A DNA stretch of 64,000 bases from Gammaproteobacteria bacterium (GCA_024641505.1 JAHECY010000007.1:7250-71249), one strand, 5' to 3'. Positions 29,660-40,651 are shown, counted from the stretch's first letter. Made by a program: numbers and translations. Notes: generated by a model from the sequence alone, not told the origin.

Positions 29660-30811
29660 ATGATTACGGAGTCGTTGCTCCAGGAGTTCGCCCTTGATGC
29701 GGAGCTGATCCACGTCAATCACGCCGCCATGGCGCCGTGGCCAACACGCGCGGTACATGCAATAAACCACTTCGCGGCGGAGAACGCCATGCAAGCGGGA
29801 CGCAACTATCCGCAATGGCTGGAAGTCGAAAATCGCCTGCGCCGCAACCTCGCCCGTATGATCAATGCCCCGCACGCGGAGGATATCGCTTTGGTTCCCA
29901 ACACATCCAGCGCGCTGTCTCTCGTGGCATATGGTTTACCCTGGTCAGCGGGCGACAATGTAGTCATCAGTGATGAAGAATTTCCTTCCAACAAGGTCGT
30001 GTGGGAATCTTTGAATAAATACGGCGTGCAAGTGCGTTATGCAAACCTCTGGCACAGCGCCACTCCGGAACAGGCAATCTTCGACTTGGTGGACCAACAC
30101 ACCCGGGTCGTGGCCGTCAGCTCCTTGCAGTATAAAACCGGTATCCGACTGAATCTGGGCCAACTTGGCGCCTACTGCCGGCCGCGGGAGGTATTGTTAT
30201 GCATTGATGGCATCCAGACCATTGGTGCCATGGGCTGTGATGTACAAGCTGATCATATCGATTTTATCATGGCAGACGGCCATAAGTGGCTGCTCGGTCC
30301 CGAAGGCCTGGCATTGTTCTACTGCCGTCCGGAGCTGCGCGCCCGCCTGGATCTCAAACAATATGGCTGGCACATGCTGGAAGATTATCTGAATTTTGAT
30401 CAAACTACCTGGCGCCCCGCGGTACACGCCCAGCGCTTTGAACCGGGCAGCCCCAACATGCTGGCAATTCACGCGCTGGATGCCAGCGTGTCGTTGTTGC
30501 TGGAAGCCGGACTGGATCAAGTATCGCAAGCCATCCTGGGCAAGAATCACTATCTGATGGAGGCGCTGCGCGCGAACGGTAACTACGACATTATCAGTCC
30601 GGTATCGGAACAGCGCCGCGCGGGCATCCTGGTGGTCAACCATAAGACCAAAGATAATACGGTGTTATATCGCTATTTGTCGGAAAACAAGGTTTACTGC
30701 GCCTTGCGTGGCGGCAATATTCGATTCTCGCCACATTTCTACACCCCGAACAATAAGCTCGATGCGCTGATCGAACTGATGGCGCGATTTGAAGATAACC
30801 CAACAACTTAG
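29660..30811 (+). CDS. Aminotransferase class V PLP enzyme
   Basis: NHAA, DGIQ, DGHKWLLGPEG (PLP Lys), IRFSPHFY; lacks the SufS/IscS catalytic-Cys loop. Confidence 0.88.
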   Translation: MITESLLQEFALDAELIHVNHAAMAPWPTRAVHAINHFAAENAMQAGRNYPQWLEVENRLRRNLARMINAPHAEDIALVPNTSSALSLVAYGLPWSAGDNVVISDEEFPSNKVVWESLNKYGVQVRYANLWHSATPEQAIFDLVDQHTRVVAVSSLQYKTGIRLNLGQLGAYCRPREVLLCIDGIQTIGAMGCDVQADHIDFIMADGHKWLLGPEGLALFYCRPELRARLDLKQYGWHMLEDYLNFDQTTWRPAVHAQRFEPGSPNMLAIHALDASVSLLLEAGLDQVSQAILGKNHYLMEALRANGNYDIISPVSEQRRAGILVVNHKTKDNTVLYRYLSENKVYCALRGGNIRFSPHFYTPNNKLDALIELMARFEDNPTT

Positions 30812-30835
30812 CATCATCACCAAGTGGAGCACCCT

Positions 30836-31138
30836 ATGGACGAATCAAAGAAGCCTGGCAACGTTGCCGCGGAACCCATACATTTGCCGGAAGACACACG
30901 CCGCGGCGTATTCGCCAATCAGGTGATCATATCTCATTCACCCGAGGAATTCGTGCTGGACTATGTGTTCCGCCACAGCATCGGTGGTAATGTGGTGGTT
31001 TCCCGCGTCATCCTCACTCCGGACCATGCCAAACGCCTGCTCAAAACGCTGCAGGAAAATATCCAGATATACGAACGCAATCATGGTGCCATCAAGGAAC
31101 CCGGCACCGCTCCGCCACCGCCCGCAAGCCGCCATTGA
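30836..31138 (+). CDS. DUF3467-family protein
   Basis: GVFAN...HSPEEFVLD...VVSRVILTP.HAKRL...L.ENI..YE...G.I. Confidence 0.85.
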   Translation: MDESKKPGNVAAEPIHLPEDTRRGVFANQVIISHSPEEFVLDYVFRHSIGGNVVVSRVILTPDHAKRLLKTLQENIQIYERNHGAIKEPGTAPPPPASRH

Positions 31139-31356
31139 TCGGGCGGACCGGGCACCGGAGCGTCCCGTGGCACAGCAGACCCCGGTACCCGGGGCGCCAC
31201 GCCATCAACTCATGTAATTCTTCCCCTTTATGCACCAACCCATTGTTTTAATAGAATTATTAATATTGCCGATTCATGCAGATTCCATGTCAGGAGGACG
31301 ATAACCGTGTAATGCCATAAAAATTATCGCTAACCGCGCATACACTGGAGTTTCGC

Positions 31357-32181
31357 ATGAATCCCGCTGATCTGCTGACTCAATCCAATGGTGAAACGAA
31401 AGTCCGTTTAGGGGGATTTCTGTTACCTGCGGAAGACTTTTCCATGGCCAATTTTATGCGCTTCAGACTTGGCATGGCATGGTTGCATCCTGGTGGAATC
31501 ACCAGCACGGAATATCTTTTAAACATGCTACGTATAACCCCCGGCATGCGCATCCTCGACCTCGGATGTGGTCTTGGTACCACCACGGATATGCTGGCGC
31601 GGCGCTATGGTTGCGAAGTGGTGGGCATTGATCACGACCCCTCCATGATTGCGGGCGCCATGTCTAAAAAGACTTATAGCAAACACGTGGTTTTCAAGAA
31701 CATGGACGGCACCGCAATGGAGTTTGACGCCAATACGTTCGATTGTGTCATCCTGCAATCCGTTCTTTGTTTCAATGATAAGGAAAAATTATTGCGTGAA
31801 ATCTTCAGGGTACTCAAACCCGGCGGTCAGTTAGGTATCAATGAATCCACATGGATGCAGCCACCAACTCCAGAAACCGCCATAGTGACGCGCGCGACGA
31901 TTTGCGAAACCTTCTGCCATGCACTCGAAACCAACGATTGGATCAGCATATTACTTGATACCAGGTTTACCAACATCAAACACAAAACATATGAGTTTAC
32001 CTCCATGTCTCCCTATCAAATGTTGCGCGAAGAAGGCTTCTTCAACACCTTACGGGTTATGATCAAAGTCATCTTGAATCCGGAATTGAACATGCGTCTG
32101 GGCGCGGTCAGCACTTACTTCAGTACGTTCCACGGTTACTTCGGGTATGGATTGTACACGGGTACCAAGTCAGATTGCTGA
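31357..32181 (+). CDS. Class I SAM-dependent methyltransferase
   Basis: HPGG; ILDLGCGLG; RVLKPGG. Confidence 0.9.
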   Translation: MNPADLLTQSNGETKVRLGGFLLPAEDFSMANFMRFRLGMAWLHPGGITSTEYLLNMLRITPGMRILDLGCGLGTTTDMLARRYGCEVVGIDHDPSMIAGAMSKKTYSKHVVFKNMDGTAMEFDANTFDCVILQSVLCFNDKEKLLREIFRVLKPGGQLGINESTWMQPPTPETAIVTRATICETFCHALETNDWISILLDTRFTNIKHKTYEFTSMSPYQMLREEGFFNTLRVMIKVILNPELNMRLGAVSTYFSTFHGYFGYGLYTGTKSDC

Positions 32182-32408
32182 CACCGCGCCGCTCTAACCG
32201 TCGATGAATAACCTCAAGTTATCCATGAATCATTGACGCTTTCGTATTTTACATAAAGCCTCATTCCCGCAAGCTTGGCTTCCCAGACCCTGGTCACTGC
32301 ACTCCGCCGCCACCCGGCAATATCCGCCCAAACCTGGCGACGACACACGCATTACCGGATATACTTGCGCTTCACTTGATAAATTCATTGATAGTACCAG
32401 GGGTAGAT

Positions 32409-32780
32409 ATGCTCAAACGTCACACGAAAATTTTGGCATTGGTGGTATTGCTGTTGTCGCCCGGCATGCTGCTCGCGGGTGAAGCCATCAGCAAGAATGT
32501 GGAAGCCGTGAACAAGGAAGCCGCCCAATTGGCCGGTAAGCAAGTACAGGTAAGCGGCAAGGTTGTAAAGGTAAATAACGGCATCATGAAACGCAACTTC
32601 CTGCATATTCGAGATGGAAGTGGCACGGAAGGCACCAACGACTTGACGGTTACCAGCGATCAAACCGGCAATGTCGGCGATACCGTAACCATCACCGGTA
32701 CCGTTGTCCTGAATACTGATTTCGGATTTGGCTACAACTATCCCCTGCTGATCGAAAACGCCACCATCAGCAAACAGTAA
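32409..32780 (+). CDS. Periplasmic OB-fold protein
   Basis: Signal peptide; GKVVKVN.GIM.RN..HI.DGSG; DFGFGY.YP..IE.A. Confidence 0.75.
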   Translation: MLKRHTKILALVVLLLSPGMLLAGEAISKNVEAVNKEAAQLAGKQVQVSGKVVKVNNGIMKRNFLHIRDGSGTEGTNDLTVTSDQTGNVGDTVTITGTVVLNTDFGFGYNYPLLIENATISKQ

Positions 32781-32797
32781 AATTTCTCAATCGGTCG

Positions 32798-32845
32798 CGG
32801 GCATCGGCATGCCGATGCCCGGCGGCGACGGGCGCCGCCGGGCAT
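32798..32845. repeat. Overlapping palindromes between convergent genes (probable terminator/processing element)
   Basis: 24-bp perfect palindrome at 32798-32821; 13-bp stem at 32815-32827/32833-32845. Confidence 0.7.
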
Positions 32846-32889
32846 TTAACTCAGCTCCAGCCTGGTGAGGAGAGTTCAAACCCCGCCGA

Positions 32890-33672
32890 CTACGATGCGC
32901 TGTCAAGCTGAAACAGCTGATTGAAATTCCGGGTGGTAACCCGCGCCAGTTCTTCGTAACTGATGCCGCGCATCTGGGCAATATACTCTGCGACATAACG
33001 CGTATAAGCCGGATAGTTAGGCTTGCCACGCATCGGCACGGGCGCCAGATAGGGGGAGTCCGTTTCCACCAGCATGCGCTCCAGCGGTACGCGACGTGCC
33101 ACATCTTGAACCTGAGCCGCATTTTTGAAGGTTACGATCCCGGAAAAGGATATGTAAAAATTCATGTCCATGGCCTGCTGCGCCGCCTCCCAATCGTCAA
33201 CGAAACAATGCATCACCCCGCCCACGTCCGCGGCATGCTCGGTACGCAGCATTTGCAGGACATCGGCACCGGACTCCCGGGTGTGTATGATCAAGGGCTT
33301 CCGGCAATCACGGGCCGCTGCTATATGGCGCCGAAAACGGTCGCGCTGCCAATCAAGATCGCCCTCGCTGCGGAAATAATCCAGACCGGTTTCCCCGATA
33401 GCGATCACCTTGTCATCCGCTGCCAGCTGCAACAGGTCGTCAACGGTCAGTTCAGGGGTGTCGGTTTCATTGGGGTGGATGCCCACGGAAGCATAAACAC
33501 AGTCATAGCGCGCGGCCATACCCTTTACCACCAGTACATTTTCCATATCAATGCTGACGCACAAGAACCGCCGTACATCCTGCTCAATGGCCTGATCGAG
33601 CATGGCCCCTAAATCACCGTCCCAAGGAGTTAAATCCAGGCGGTCTAAATGGCAGTGGGAGTCAATCAACAT
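32890..33672 (-). CDS. tatD: TatD-family DNase (YcfH-like)
   Basis: IDSHCH, GETGLD, HTR, HCF, ETDSPY. Confidence 0.93.
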   Translation of the reverse strand: MLIDSHCHLDRLDLTPWDGDLGAMLDQAIEQDVRRFLCVSIDMENVLVVKGMAARYDCVYASVGIHPNETDTPELTVDDLLQLAADDKVIAIGETGLDYFRSEGDLDWQRDRFRRHIAAARDCRKPLIIHTRESGADVLQMLRTEHAADVGGVMHCFVDDWEAAQQAMDMNFYISFSGIVTFKNAAQVQDVARRVPLERMLVETDSPYLAPVPMRGKPNYPAYTRYVAEYIAQMRGISYEELARVTTRNFNQLFQLDSAS

Positions 33673-33736
33673 GATTTTGCGCTATGGTCCTACACGAAAT
33701 GGATCAGCGCATTATAGCGTAACTGGCGGTAAATAT

Positions 33737-34111
33737 TTACAGCGTATGGGTCTGGCGGTCCGACTTTAAAGCGCCGCCGAGAAATGATTCGATCTTGGTA
33801 CGCACCGACCCGTTATCCTGGCCGCTGAATTGAACGCCGATACCCGCGGTACGATTACCCTGCGCGCCTTTGGGCGTCACCCAGACAATTTTTCCGGCGA
33901 CCGGTATCTTCTCTGGATCGTTCATCAGGGTAAGCAGCATAAACACTTCTTCCCCGAGTTTGTAGGTCTTGTTGGTGGGAATGAACAAGCCGCCGTTTTT
34001 CACGAATGGCATGTAGGCGGCATACAAGGAACTTTTATCTTTGATGGTCAGAGACAGAATACCACCTTGCTTCATGCCGGGTGGACCGCCGGGTGGTAAC
34101 GCTGTACTCAT
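33737..34111 (-). CDS. pilZ: Type IV pilus PilZ protein
   Basis: LYAAYMPFVKNGGLFIPT; holB-pilZ-tatD synteny. Confidence 0.93.
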   Translation of the reverse strand: MSTALPPGGPPGMKQGGILSLTIKDKSSLYAAYMPFVKNGGLFIPTNKTYKLGEEVFMLLTLMNDPEKIPVAGKIVWVTPKGAQGNRTAGIGVQFSGQDNGSVRTKIESFLGGALKSDRQTHTL

Positions 34112-34124
34112 ATGCTCTTGATGC

Positions 34125-35126
34125 CTATGCCTGTGCCATGGATGATCGGGTGACCAGTTGCTGCCAGGACCATAACAAATTTTCCAATTGCAACTGAATG
34201 TTCAAATTGCGGTCCGCCCATGACAACATATCGGTCAATTGATCGAGAAATTTATACAGCTCTCTGGCACCCAGCCGTTGGGCGATACGCGCCAGGTCCG
34301 GCGCCAGATCACTATTTGAGGTTAGCGACGTTTTTCCCATAATCTTTAACCGAATCAGGTCCCTGCACCATCCCGCCAACCAGCTCTGCAAGAGCAGCGG
34401 GTCGCGTTTGTACCAACGCCCCGCGACCGGTAACGCAAATTCACGTCCTTCACTAATACCTTGAAAATCCAGAAAAAACTTTTTACGTTCGGCAAGATAA
34501 TTTTGCTCGAGATAATGCAGAGCGGTCAGCGGCGCACCACCGGCAATCGCCAAGGCCATCTCCAGCTCTGTCGAGTTTTCTGCGTGTTTCTTAAGGTATT
34601 CCAGAGCGAGTTGCCGCGGCGGCAATCCGAATTTCAAGGCACGGCAGCGGCTGCGAATGGTCGGCAACAACCAGCCAGGATTTGGCGTCAGCAGGATCAA
34701 CACCGTATCCCCGGAAGGCTCTTCCAGCGTCTTCAACAAGGCATTAGCGGCGCTTATACTCATTTTGTGAGCATCCTTGATCCGTACCACCTTGTAGCCG
34801 CCGAGGTGGCTTTTCATGCCTTGCCAACGCACTACCTCACGTACCTGGTCGATGCCGATGTTCTTCTTTCCCTCCGGGACGTCGAGTTCATACAGATCCG
34901 GATGGGTGCTTGCCCGGTATAATTTGCATGCGGCACAGTGACCACAAGCCTCCTGTAGCGGCGTACTGTCGTTGAGGCACAGCAGAAACCCGGCCAGTCG
35001 CCGGGAAAAATTCTCTTTCCCCACACCACCGGGTCCATGGAGAATCAAACCATGAGGTAACCGGCCCTGTTCATGACATTGCTGCAGGTGTGCCCAAAGA
35101 GATTGATGCCAAGGCAGTAGTTCCAT
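34125..35126 (-). CDS. holB: DNA polymerase III delta' subunit
   Basis: PW start, CGHCAAC, HPD, ANALLKTLEEP, TIRSRC. Confidence 0.95.
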   Translation of the reverse strand: MELLPWHQSLWAHLQQCHEQGRLPHGLILHGPGGVGKENFSRRLAGFLLCLNDSTPLQEACGHCAACKLYRASTHPDLYELDVPEGKKNIGIDQVREVVRWQGMKSHLGGYKVVRIKDAHKMSISAANALLKTLEEPSGDTVLILLTPNPGWLLPTIRSRCRALKFGLPPRQLALEYLKKHAENSTELEMALAIAGGAPLTALHYLEQNYLAERKKFFLDFQGISEGREFALPVAGRWYKRDPLLLQSWLAGWCRDLIRLKIMGKTSLTSNSDLAPDLARIAQRLGARELYKFLDQLTDMLSWADRNLNIQLQLENLLWSWQQLVTRSSMAQA

Positions 35127-35755
35127 CACTTTTTGTACACTTTCAAAATCTGGTCCAGGACATTTTGCAGCTGGCATTGTACCTCGCCCAAAGGCTGGCC
35201 GGCATCAATCACGCGGTAACGAATCGGAAAGCGTTGCGCCATGTCCAAGTAGCACGCACGTACCCTTGCAAAAAATGCGGCATTTTCCGTTTCAAAGCGG
35301 TCTGGATCACTGCGCACACCGGCCCGCTGTAAACCAACGGCCACCGGTACGTCCAGCAACAGTGTGACATCCGGGCGTAACTCGCCTTGTACCCACTGCT
35401 CGATGACGGCGATATGGTCCTCAGGGATACCGCGGCCACCGCCCTGATAGGCGTAGGTCGCGTCGGTAAATCGGTCGCAAAGCACCCAGCGCCCCTGCGC
35501 AAGTGCAGGCTTGATCACCTGTTGCAGGTGCTGCGCGCGAGCCGCGAACATCAGCAGCAACTCCGCGTCGCTGACTATATGATTGGCCTTATCCAGTAGC
35601 AACTCCCGGATTTTTTCCCCGACCGTGGTACCTCCAGGTTCCCGGGTGAGGATCAGTTCAACGCCCTTGCCTTGAAGATAATCACGGATAAAGGCGATAT
35701 TGGTGGACTTACCTGCACCCTCCCCACCTTCAATGGTGAGAAAACAACCTGTCAT
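35126..35755 (-). CDS. tmk: Thymidylate kinase
   Basis: EGGEGAGKST, TREPGG, DRFTDATYAYQG. Confidence 0.96.
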   Translation of the reverse strand: MTGCFLTIEGGEGAGKSTNIAFIRDYLQGKGVELILTREPGGTTVGEKIRELLLDKANHIVSDAELLLMFAARAQHLQQVIKPALAQGRWVLCDRFTDATYAYQGGGRGIPEDHIAVIEQWVQGELRPDVTLLLDVPVAVGLQRAGVRSDPDRFETENAAFFARVRACYLDMAQRFPIRYRVIDAGQPLGEVQCQLQNVLDQILKVYKK

Positions 35756-35854
35756 TACAACCTCCGATCAAGCCATTGCCTACCGGCAGTGGAGCATGAC
35801 AGACCTTGGGAATCAAGTGCGTGCCACGCCATGACCACGCGCCCTGACTTGTGG

Positions 35855-36901
35855 TCAGTGGGAACTCACGGTTAACGAGGAAAAACTGCGTTTACGGCCT
35901 TTGAGCTGATATTTGATCACCGCATTGTTGTGTTCTTCCAGGGTCGCGGAAAAATGATGGCTGCCGTCGCCACGTGCCACAAAATAGAGATTGTCACTGT
36001 CATCCGGGTGCAATGCGGCATTGATGGAACCGGCGCTGGGCAGGGCAATCGGTGTTGGTGGCAGACCTTTAATCCGATAGGTATTGTAGGGAGTGGGCGT
36101 TTCCAAGTCCCGACGGCGGATATTGCCCTGATAGGCATCGCCCATGCCATAGATCACCGTGGGGTCGGTTTGCAGACGCATGCCTTTGATCAAACGCCGG
36201 GTGAACACGCCGGAAATGGCGAAACGCTCCTCCACCACCGCGGTTTCCCGCTCGATGATGGAGGCCAGGATCAACGCCTCATAAGCTGACTTGACCGGGA
36301 GATTCGGCCGCCGTTTCGCCCATTCGTCGGCGAGTAATTGCTGTGCCGCGGTATAAGCGCGTTTCAGAAAATCAACGTCTGGCGTATCACGGGGGAACAA
36401 ATAAGTATCAGGTAAAAACCGGCCTTCAGGATGCTCCCCGGCATGCCCGATTCGCTCCATGATCTGGCTGTCGGTGACTTGCACCAGTGTGTGTTGCAGT
36501 TGCGGATGCTGGCGCACGGCATCCATCATCTGCCGGAAGGTCCACCCTTCGACGATGGTCAGGGAATATTGCAGCACCTTGCCGGCATTGATGCGCTCGA
36601 GAAACTCGCCGGGCTTCATTCCGGTTGGTAACAGATAATCTCCCGCCTGAATATGATCTGCCATGCCGTTCAGACGTGCATACCAGCGCAGGTAATTTGT
36701 CTGCTCAATGATGCCTTTTCGGGTCAGATCCTGAGCGATAGTGGTGAGATTGGCGCCGGCTTTGATCTCATAGACCATATTCTCGGCGCCGATGCGCAGA
36801 GGAGTGTCCTTGAACGTTTGATACTGCAGCACCAGCCAGCCCGCGGCGAGACTCATGCCCACAATAACCAACCCGGTAAGTTTAAACAACGTTTTCATCA
36901 T
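35855..36901 (-). CDS. mltG: Endolytic transglycosylase MltG
   Basis: EGRFLPDTY, ASIIERET, LQTDPTVIYG, YNTY..GLPPTPI. Confidence 0.95.
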   Translation of the reverse strand: MMKTLFKLTGLVIVGMSLAAGWLVLQYQTFKDTPLRIGAENMVYEIKAGANLTTIAQDLTRKGIIEQTNYLRWYARLNGMADHIQAGDYLLPTGMKPGEFLERINAGKVLQYSLTIVEGWTFRQMMDAVRQHPQLQHTLVQVTDSQIMERIGHAGEHPEGRFLPDTYLFPRDTPDVDFLKRAYTAAQQLLADEWAKRRPNLPVKSAYEALILASIIERETAVVEERFAISGVFTRRLIKGMRLQTDPTVIYGMGDAYQGNIRRRDLETPTPYNTYRIKGLPPTPIALPSAGSINAALHPDDSDNLYFVARGDGSHHFSATLEEHNNAVIKYQLKGRKRSFSSLTVSSH

Positions 36902-37718
36902 GATACCACAAATACTGGTCAAGCAGACTCTGTAGGGTTTTAGACACGTATAGCCGGTATGATCCCTGATTGTCAACACTCTTGACCGGCCAAATCCCAA
37001 TCAGACTGTTAGTGACGAATACTTCGTCGGCCGTTAAAAATTCATCTTGAGGCACCGGCCGTATTTCTGTTGTATAAGCATTTTCCCGAAGCATCTGTAA
37101 TACTTTGTTACGCATGACACCCGCGACCCCGCAACGATCCAATGCAGGAGTCACTATTTTATCACCCAATACCAGAAAAACGTTGCTCATGACCCCCCCT
37201 ATGACATTCCCGTCCTGATCCCGTAAGATGCCTTCGGCGATATCCTCGTCCTGCCATTCCTGCCGAGCCAACACCTGCTCCAGACGATTCAAGTGCTTTA
37301 AACCTGCAAGTTGCGGGTTATGACCCAAACGTTGGGCGCATATGCGAACCCTGACGCCCTCGCGCCAGTTGGCGGCGGCGTAGGTCGGCGCGGGATGAGT
37401 GCTCAGGATGCGGTTGGGTGTCAACGGTGTGATCACACGATAACCACGGCTTCCGGCGCCACGCGTAATAACGATTTTCAAAACGCCCTTAGGCTGATCG
37501 ACGCAGAGTGTGGCGGCTTCTCGCCATAGCAGTTCGCAGTCCGGCGCACTAATCTGCAAGCGCTGACAACCCGACAAGAGGCGCGCCATATGATCCGGCC
37601 AAAGCCGGGGTTTGCTGTCTTGAACACAAATCGTTTCAAATACACCGTCGCCATACTGCAGCCCGCGATCAAACACTGTGAGGTGGTCGCAGGCCGCACC
37701 GTTTACCAGCACGTTCAC
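36882..37718 (-). CDS. pabC: Aminodeoxychorismate lyase
   Basis: DRGLQYGDGVFET, GLKHLNRLEQVLA; GTG start overlaps the pabB stop. Confidence 0.93.
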   Translation of the reverse strand: MNVLVNGAACDHLTVFDRGLQYGDGVFETICVQDSKPRLWPDHMARLLSGCQRLQISAPDCELLWREAATLCVDQPKGVLKIVITRGAGSRGYRVITPLTPNRILSTHPAPTYAAANWREGVRVRICAQRLGHNPQLAGLKHLNRLEQVLARQEWQDEDIAEGILRDQDGNVIGGVMSNVFLVLGDKIVTPALDRCGVAGVMRNKVLQMLRENAYTTEIRPVPQDEFLTADEVFVTNSLIGIWPVKSVDNQGSYRLYVSKTLQSLLDQYLWYHDENVV

Positions 37719-39055
37719 GGCGTAACCCCCAACGCCAGCAACAGGCCACGGGCTTTGGCCCGGGTTTCCGCCAATTCCCGCTGGGGATCCGAATCGGCGA
37801 CAATACCGGCCCCGGTACGGAATTTTATTTGCCCGCCGTGCAGGGTGAGACTGCGGATAAGAATATTGAAATCCATATTGCCGTGGGCACTGATGTAACC
37901 GACCGCCCCGGTATAAGGTCCCCTGGGTGCTTGCTCCAACTCGGCGATGATCTGCATGCAGCGCACCTTGGGGCAACCGGTAATAGTGCCGCCCGGAAAC
38001 AGTGCGCGGATAATTTGTCCCGGTGTCACATCCTCTCGGAGTCGACCCCGGATATCGGACACGATATGGTGCACGTGCGCGTGACTTTCCAGGGTCATCA
38101 ATTCGTTGACATGCACACTTCCGGGGATACAGATGCGTCCCAGGTCATTGCGCTCCAGATCGATCAACATAATATGCTCCGCCCGCTCTTTGGGATGGGC
38201 CAACAATTCCGTGAGATAAGCCCGATCCTCCTCCTGCCGGGCATGGCGGGGCCGGGTACCGGCAATGGGCCGGGTTTCGATGCCAGAGTCCACCACTTTG
38301 AACAAACGCTCCGGCGAAGAACTGAGGATCGTACTGTCCTGGTAATGTATCGACGCGGCGAAGGGCGCGGGATTGTGCCGGCATAAATGCCGATAAACCA
38401 GTTCCGGGATCAGGGCTGAAGCAAAATCCAGCCGCCATTCACGCGACAGATTGACTTGGAACACGTCCCCGTTATAAATGTACTGCAGGATGCGGGCGGT
38501 ATCCTGCAAATACTTTTCCGGCGCATCCTCCTGTAATCTCCCACGGGGCAATTCCTGATCGGTTATCGATAGTTGTAAACTCCGTTCGATATCCAGCAAT
38601 ACGAGTTGCGCTAATGGCTCCCAACCCGGCTGGGTCACGATAAAACCGCACTGTCGCACATGATCGTTGATTAATGCCACCGGCGTGTGGGCGGCGAAGG
38701 CGATGGGAAATTCCGTCCTGAGAGTCACAGGTAAACTCAGTACCGGCTCGATCTGCTGCGCCAGTTCGTATCCCAAATAGACGAACCAGCCGCCAATGAA
38801 CGGTAAATCGCTGGCCTGAGCGGGTACGCTGTTACGTTCCGCCGTTAGACGATCCAGAATCGCGAGAAAATCCGGAGCACCTTTATCGAGAGTGGTGAGC
38901 GCGACGGTCTCCTGCGGAAACGCGCACAAGATGTCGTAACGCGTCTGGGCGGAACCCTGGCTGACGCTTTGCAATAGATAGGGATAACGGCTGCGGTCCA
39001 GAACCTGCAGCCGCAGCAAATCGATTCGGGAATTCAGACGGGTCGGCGGACGCAA
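37715..39055 (-). CDS. pabB: Aminodeoxychorismate synthase component I (start uncertain)
   Basis: SSSPERL, PIAGTRPR, KERAEHIMLIDLERND, FPGGTITGCPK. Confidence 0.88.
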   Translation of the reverse strand: MRPPTRLNSRIDLLRLQVLDRSRYPYLLQSVSQGSAQTRYDILCAFPQETVALTTLDKGAPDFLAILDRLTAERNSVPAQASDLPFIGGWFVYLGYELAQQIEPVLSLPVTLRTEFPIAFAAHTPVALINDHVRQCGFIVTQPGWEPLAQLVLLDIERSLQLSITDQELPRGRLQEDAPEKYLQDTARILQYIYNGDVFQVNLSREWRLDFASALIPELVYRHLCRHNPAPFAASIHYQDSTILSSSPERLFKVVDSGIETRPIAGTRPRHARQEEDRAYLTELLAHPKERAEHIMLIDLERNDLGRICIPGSVHVNELMTLESHAHVHHIVSDIRGRLREDVTPGQIIRALFPGGTITGCPKVRCMQIIAELEQAPRGPYTGAVGYISAHGNMDFNILIRSLTLHGGQIKFRTGAGIVADSDPQRELAETRAKARGLLLALGVTP

Positions 39056-39083
39056 CGACCTGTTGACATACGCGCCCGACCGA

Positions 39084-40322
39084 TCAGATCCGGTTGAAGA
39101 CCAGGGTGGCATTGGTGCCCCCGAAACCGAATGAATTTGACATGACCACATCGATCTTCATCTGACGCGCCGTGTGCGGCACGAAATCCAGATCGCAAGC
39201 CGGATCCTGATTGAAGATATTGATGGTCGGCGGTGCCACCTGATCGCGGATGGCGAGAGCGCTGAAAATCGCTTCGATACCCCCCGCGGCTCCCAACAGA
39301 TGACCGGTCATGGATTTGGTGGAACTGATCGCAACCTTATAGGCATGATCGGCGAACGCGCCTTTGATGGCATAGGTTTCCGCCAGATCGCCCGCTGGCG
39401 TGGACGTGCCGTGAGCATTGATGTAGCTCACCTGCTCCGGATTCAGGTGCGCATTGCGCAGGGCGCTCAACATACAACGACGCGCACCGTCGCCACCTTC
39501 CGAGGGTGACGTCATATGGTAGGCGTCACCGCTCATACCGTAACCGGAAACTTCGGCGTAGATGCGCGCGCCGCGCTTCTTGGCGAACTCATATTCTTCC
39601 AAAACCAACACGCCGGCACCGTCGCTGAGCACGAACCCGTCCCGGTCCCGGTCCCAAGGGCGACTGGCGGTAGCGGGATCATCATTACGAGTGGACAAAG
39701 CACGAGCGGCGCAGAAACCACCTAAACCGCAATGGGTCGTTGCCATTTCCGCACCACCGGCGATCATGACATCGGCGTCACCGTACTCGATAATGCGCGC
39801 TGCTTCACCAATGGAATGCGTGGCCGTGGCGCACGCGGAAACCGTCGCCAGGTTCGGCCCTTTCATGCCGTACATGATGGACAGATTTCCAGAAATCATA
39901 TTGATGATGGAACTGGGTACAAAGAACGGTGATACCTTGCGTGGGCCGCCCTTGAGATAAGCGTCATAGCCTTTTTCGATGCTGCCCAGTCCACCGATAC
40001 CCGACCCTAATGCGACGCCGATCATGGGCGCGTTTTCTTCCGTAATTTCGAGTCCCGCGTCTTCAATCGCTTCCTTGGAAGCCACCAGTCCGTATTGGAT
40101 GAACTGATCCATTTTCTTGATATCTTTGGCATGGACGGCAACCGTCGGATCAAAATTCCATACCGAGCCGCCGAAGCGTGTTGGAAACGCACTTACATCG
40201 AAATGGGTCAAAGGGCCAATGCCGCCTTTGCCCTCAAGAATATTGGCCCAGGAATCCTTAACATTGAGTCCCACGGGGGAGACCATACCTAGGCCGGTGA
40301 CAACAACACGTCTTCGAGTCAA
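39084..40322 (-). CDS. fabF: Beta-ketoacyl-ACP synthase II
   Basis: [25 protein letters not shown]. Confidence 0.96.
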   Translation of the reverse strand: MTRRRVVVTGLGMVSPVGLNVKDSWANILEGKGGIGPLTHFDVSAFPTRFGGSVWNFDPTVAVHAKDIKKMDQFIQYGLVASKEAIEDAGLEITEENAPMIGVALGSGIGGLGSIEKGYDAYLKGGPRKVSPFFVPSSIINMISGNLSIMYGMKGPNLATVSACATATHSIGEAARIIEYGDADVMIAGGAEMATTHCGLGGFCAARALSTRNDDPATASRPWDRDRDGFVLSDGAGVLVLEEYEFAKKRGARIYAEVSGYGMSGDAYHMTSPSEGGDGARRCMLSALRNAHLNPEQVSYINAHGTSTPAGDLAETYAIKGAFADHAYKVAISSTKSMTGHLLGAAGGIEAIFSALAIRDQVAPPTINIFNQDPACDLDFVPHTARQMKIDVVMSNSFGFGGTNATLVFNRI

Positions 40323-40408
40323 GAGAACACCTATTTTAACAATTTACGGTACGCTGGGACAGGTAAACGCCGCTACCACACCTGTGGCAGCGGTTGGTCA
40401 ATTCAGGC

Positions 40409-40651
40409 TTATTTATTGTTGGTATGTGAAGTGATGTAATCAATCGCCTGCTTAACAGTCGTGATTTTTTCCGCATCTTCATCAGGAATTTCCGTTTCGA
40501 ATTCCTCTTCCAGAGCCATGACTAATTCCACCGTGTCCAGGGAATCTGCGCCAAGATCGTCGACGAAAGAGGCGGAATCACTGATTTCCTCATCTTTCAC
40601 ACCCAACTGCTCGACAACTATCTTTTTGACGCGTTCTTGTACTGTGCCCAT
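40409..40651 (-). CDS. acpP: Acyl carrier protein
   Basis: [13 protein letters not shown]. Confidence 0.97.
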   Translation of the reverse strand: MGTVQERVKKIVVEQLGVKDEEISDSASFVDDLGADSLDTVELVMALEEEFETEIPDEDAEKITTVKQAIDYITSHTNNK

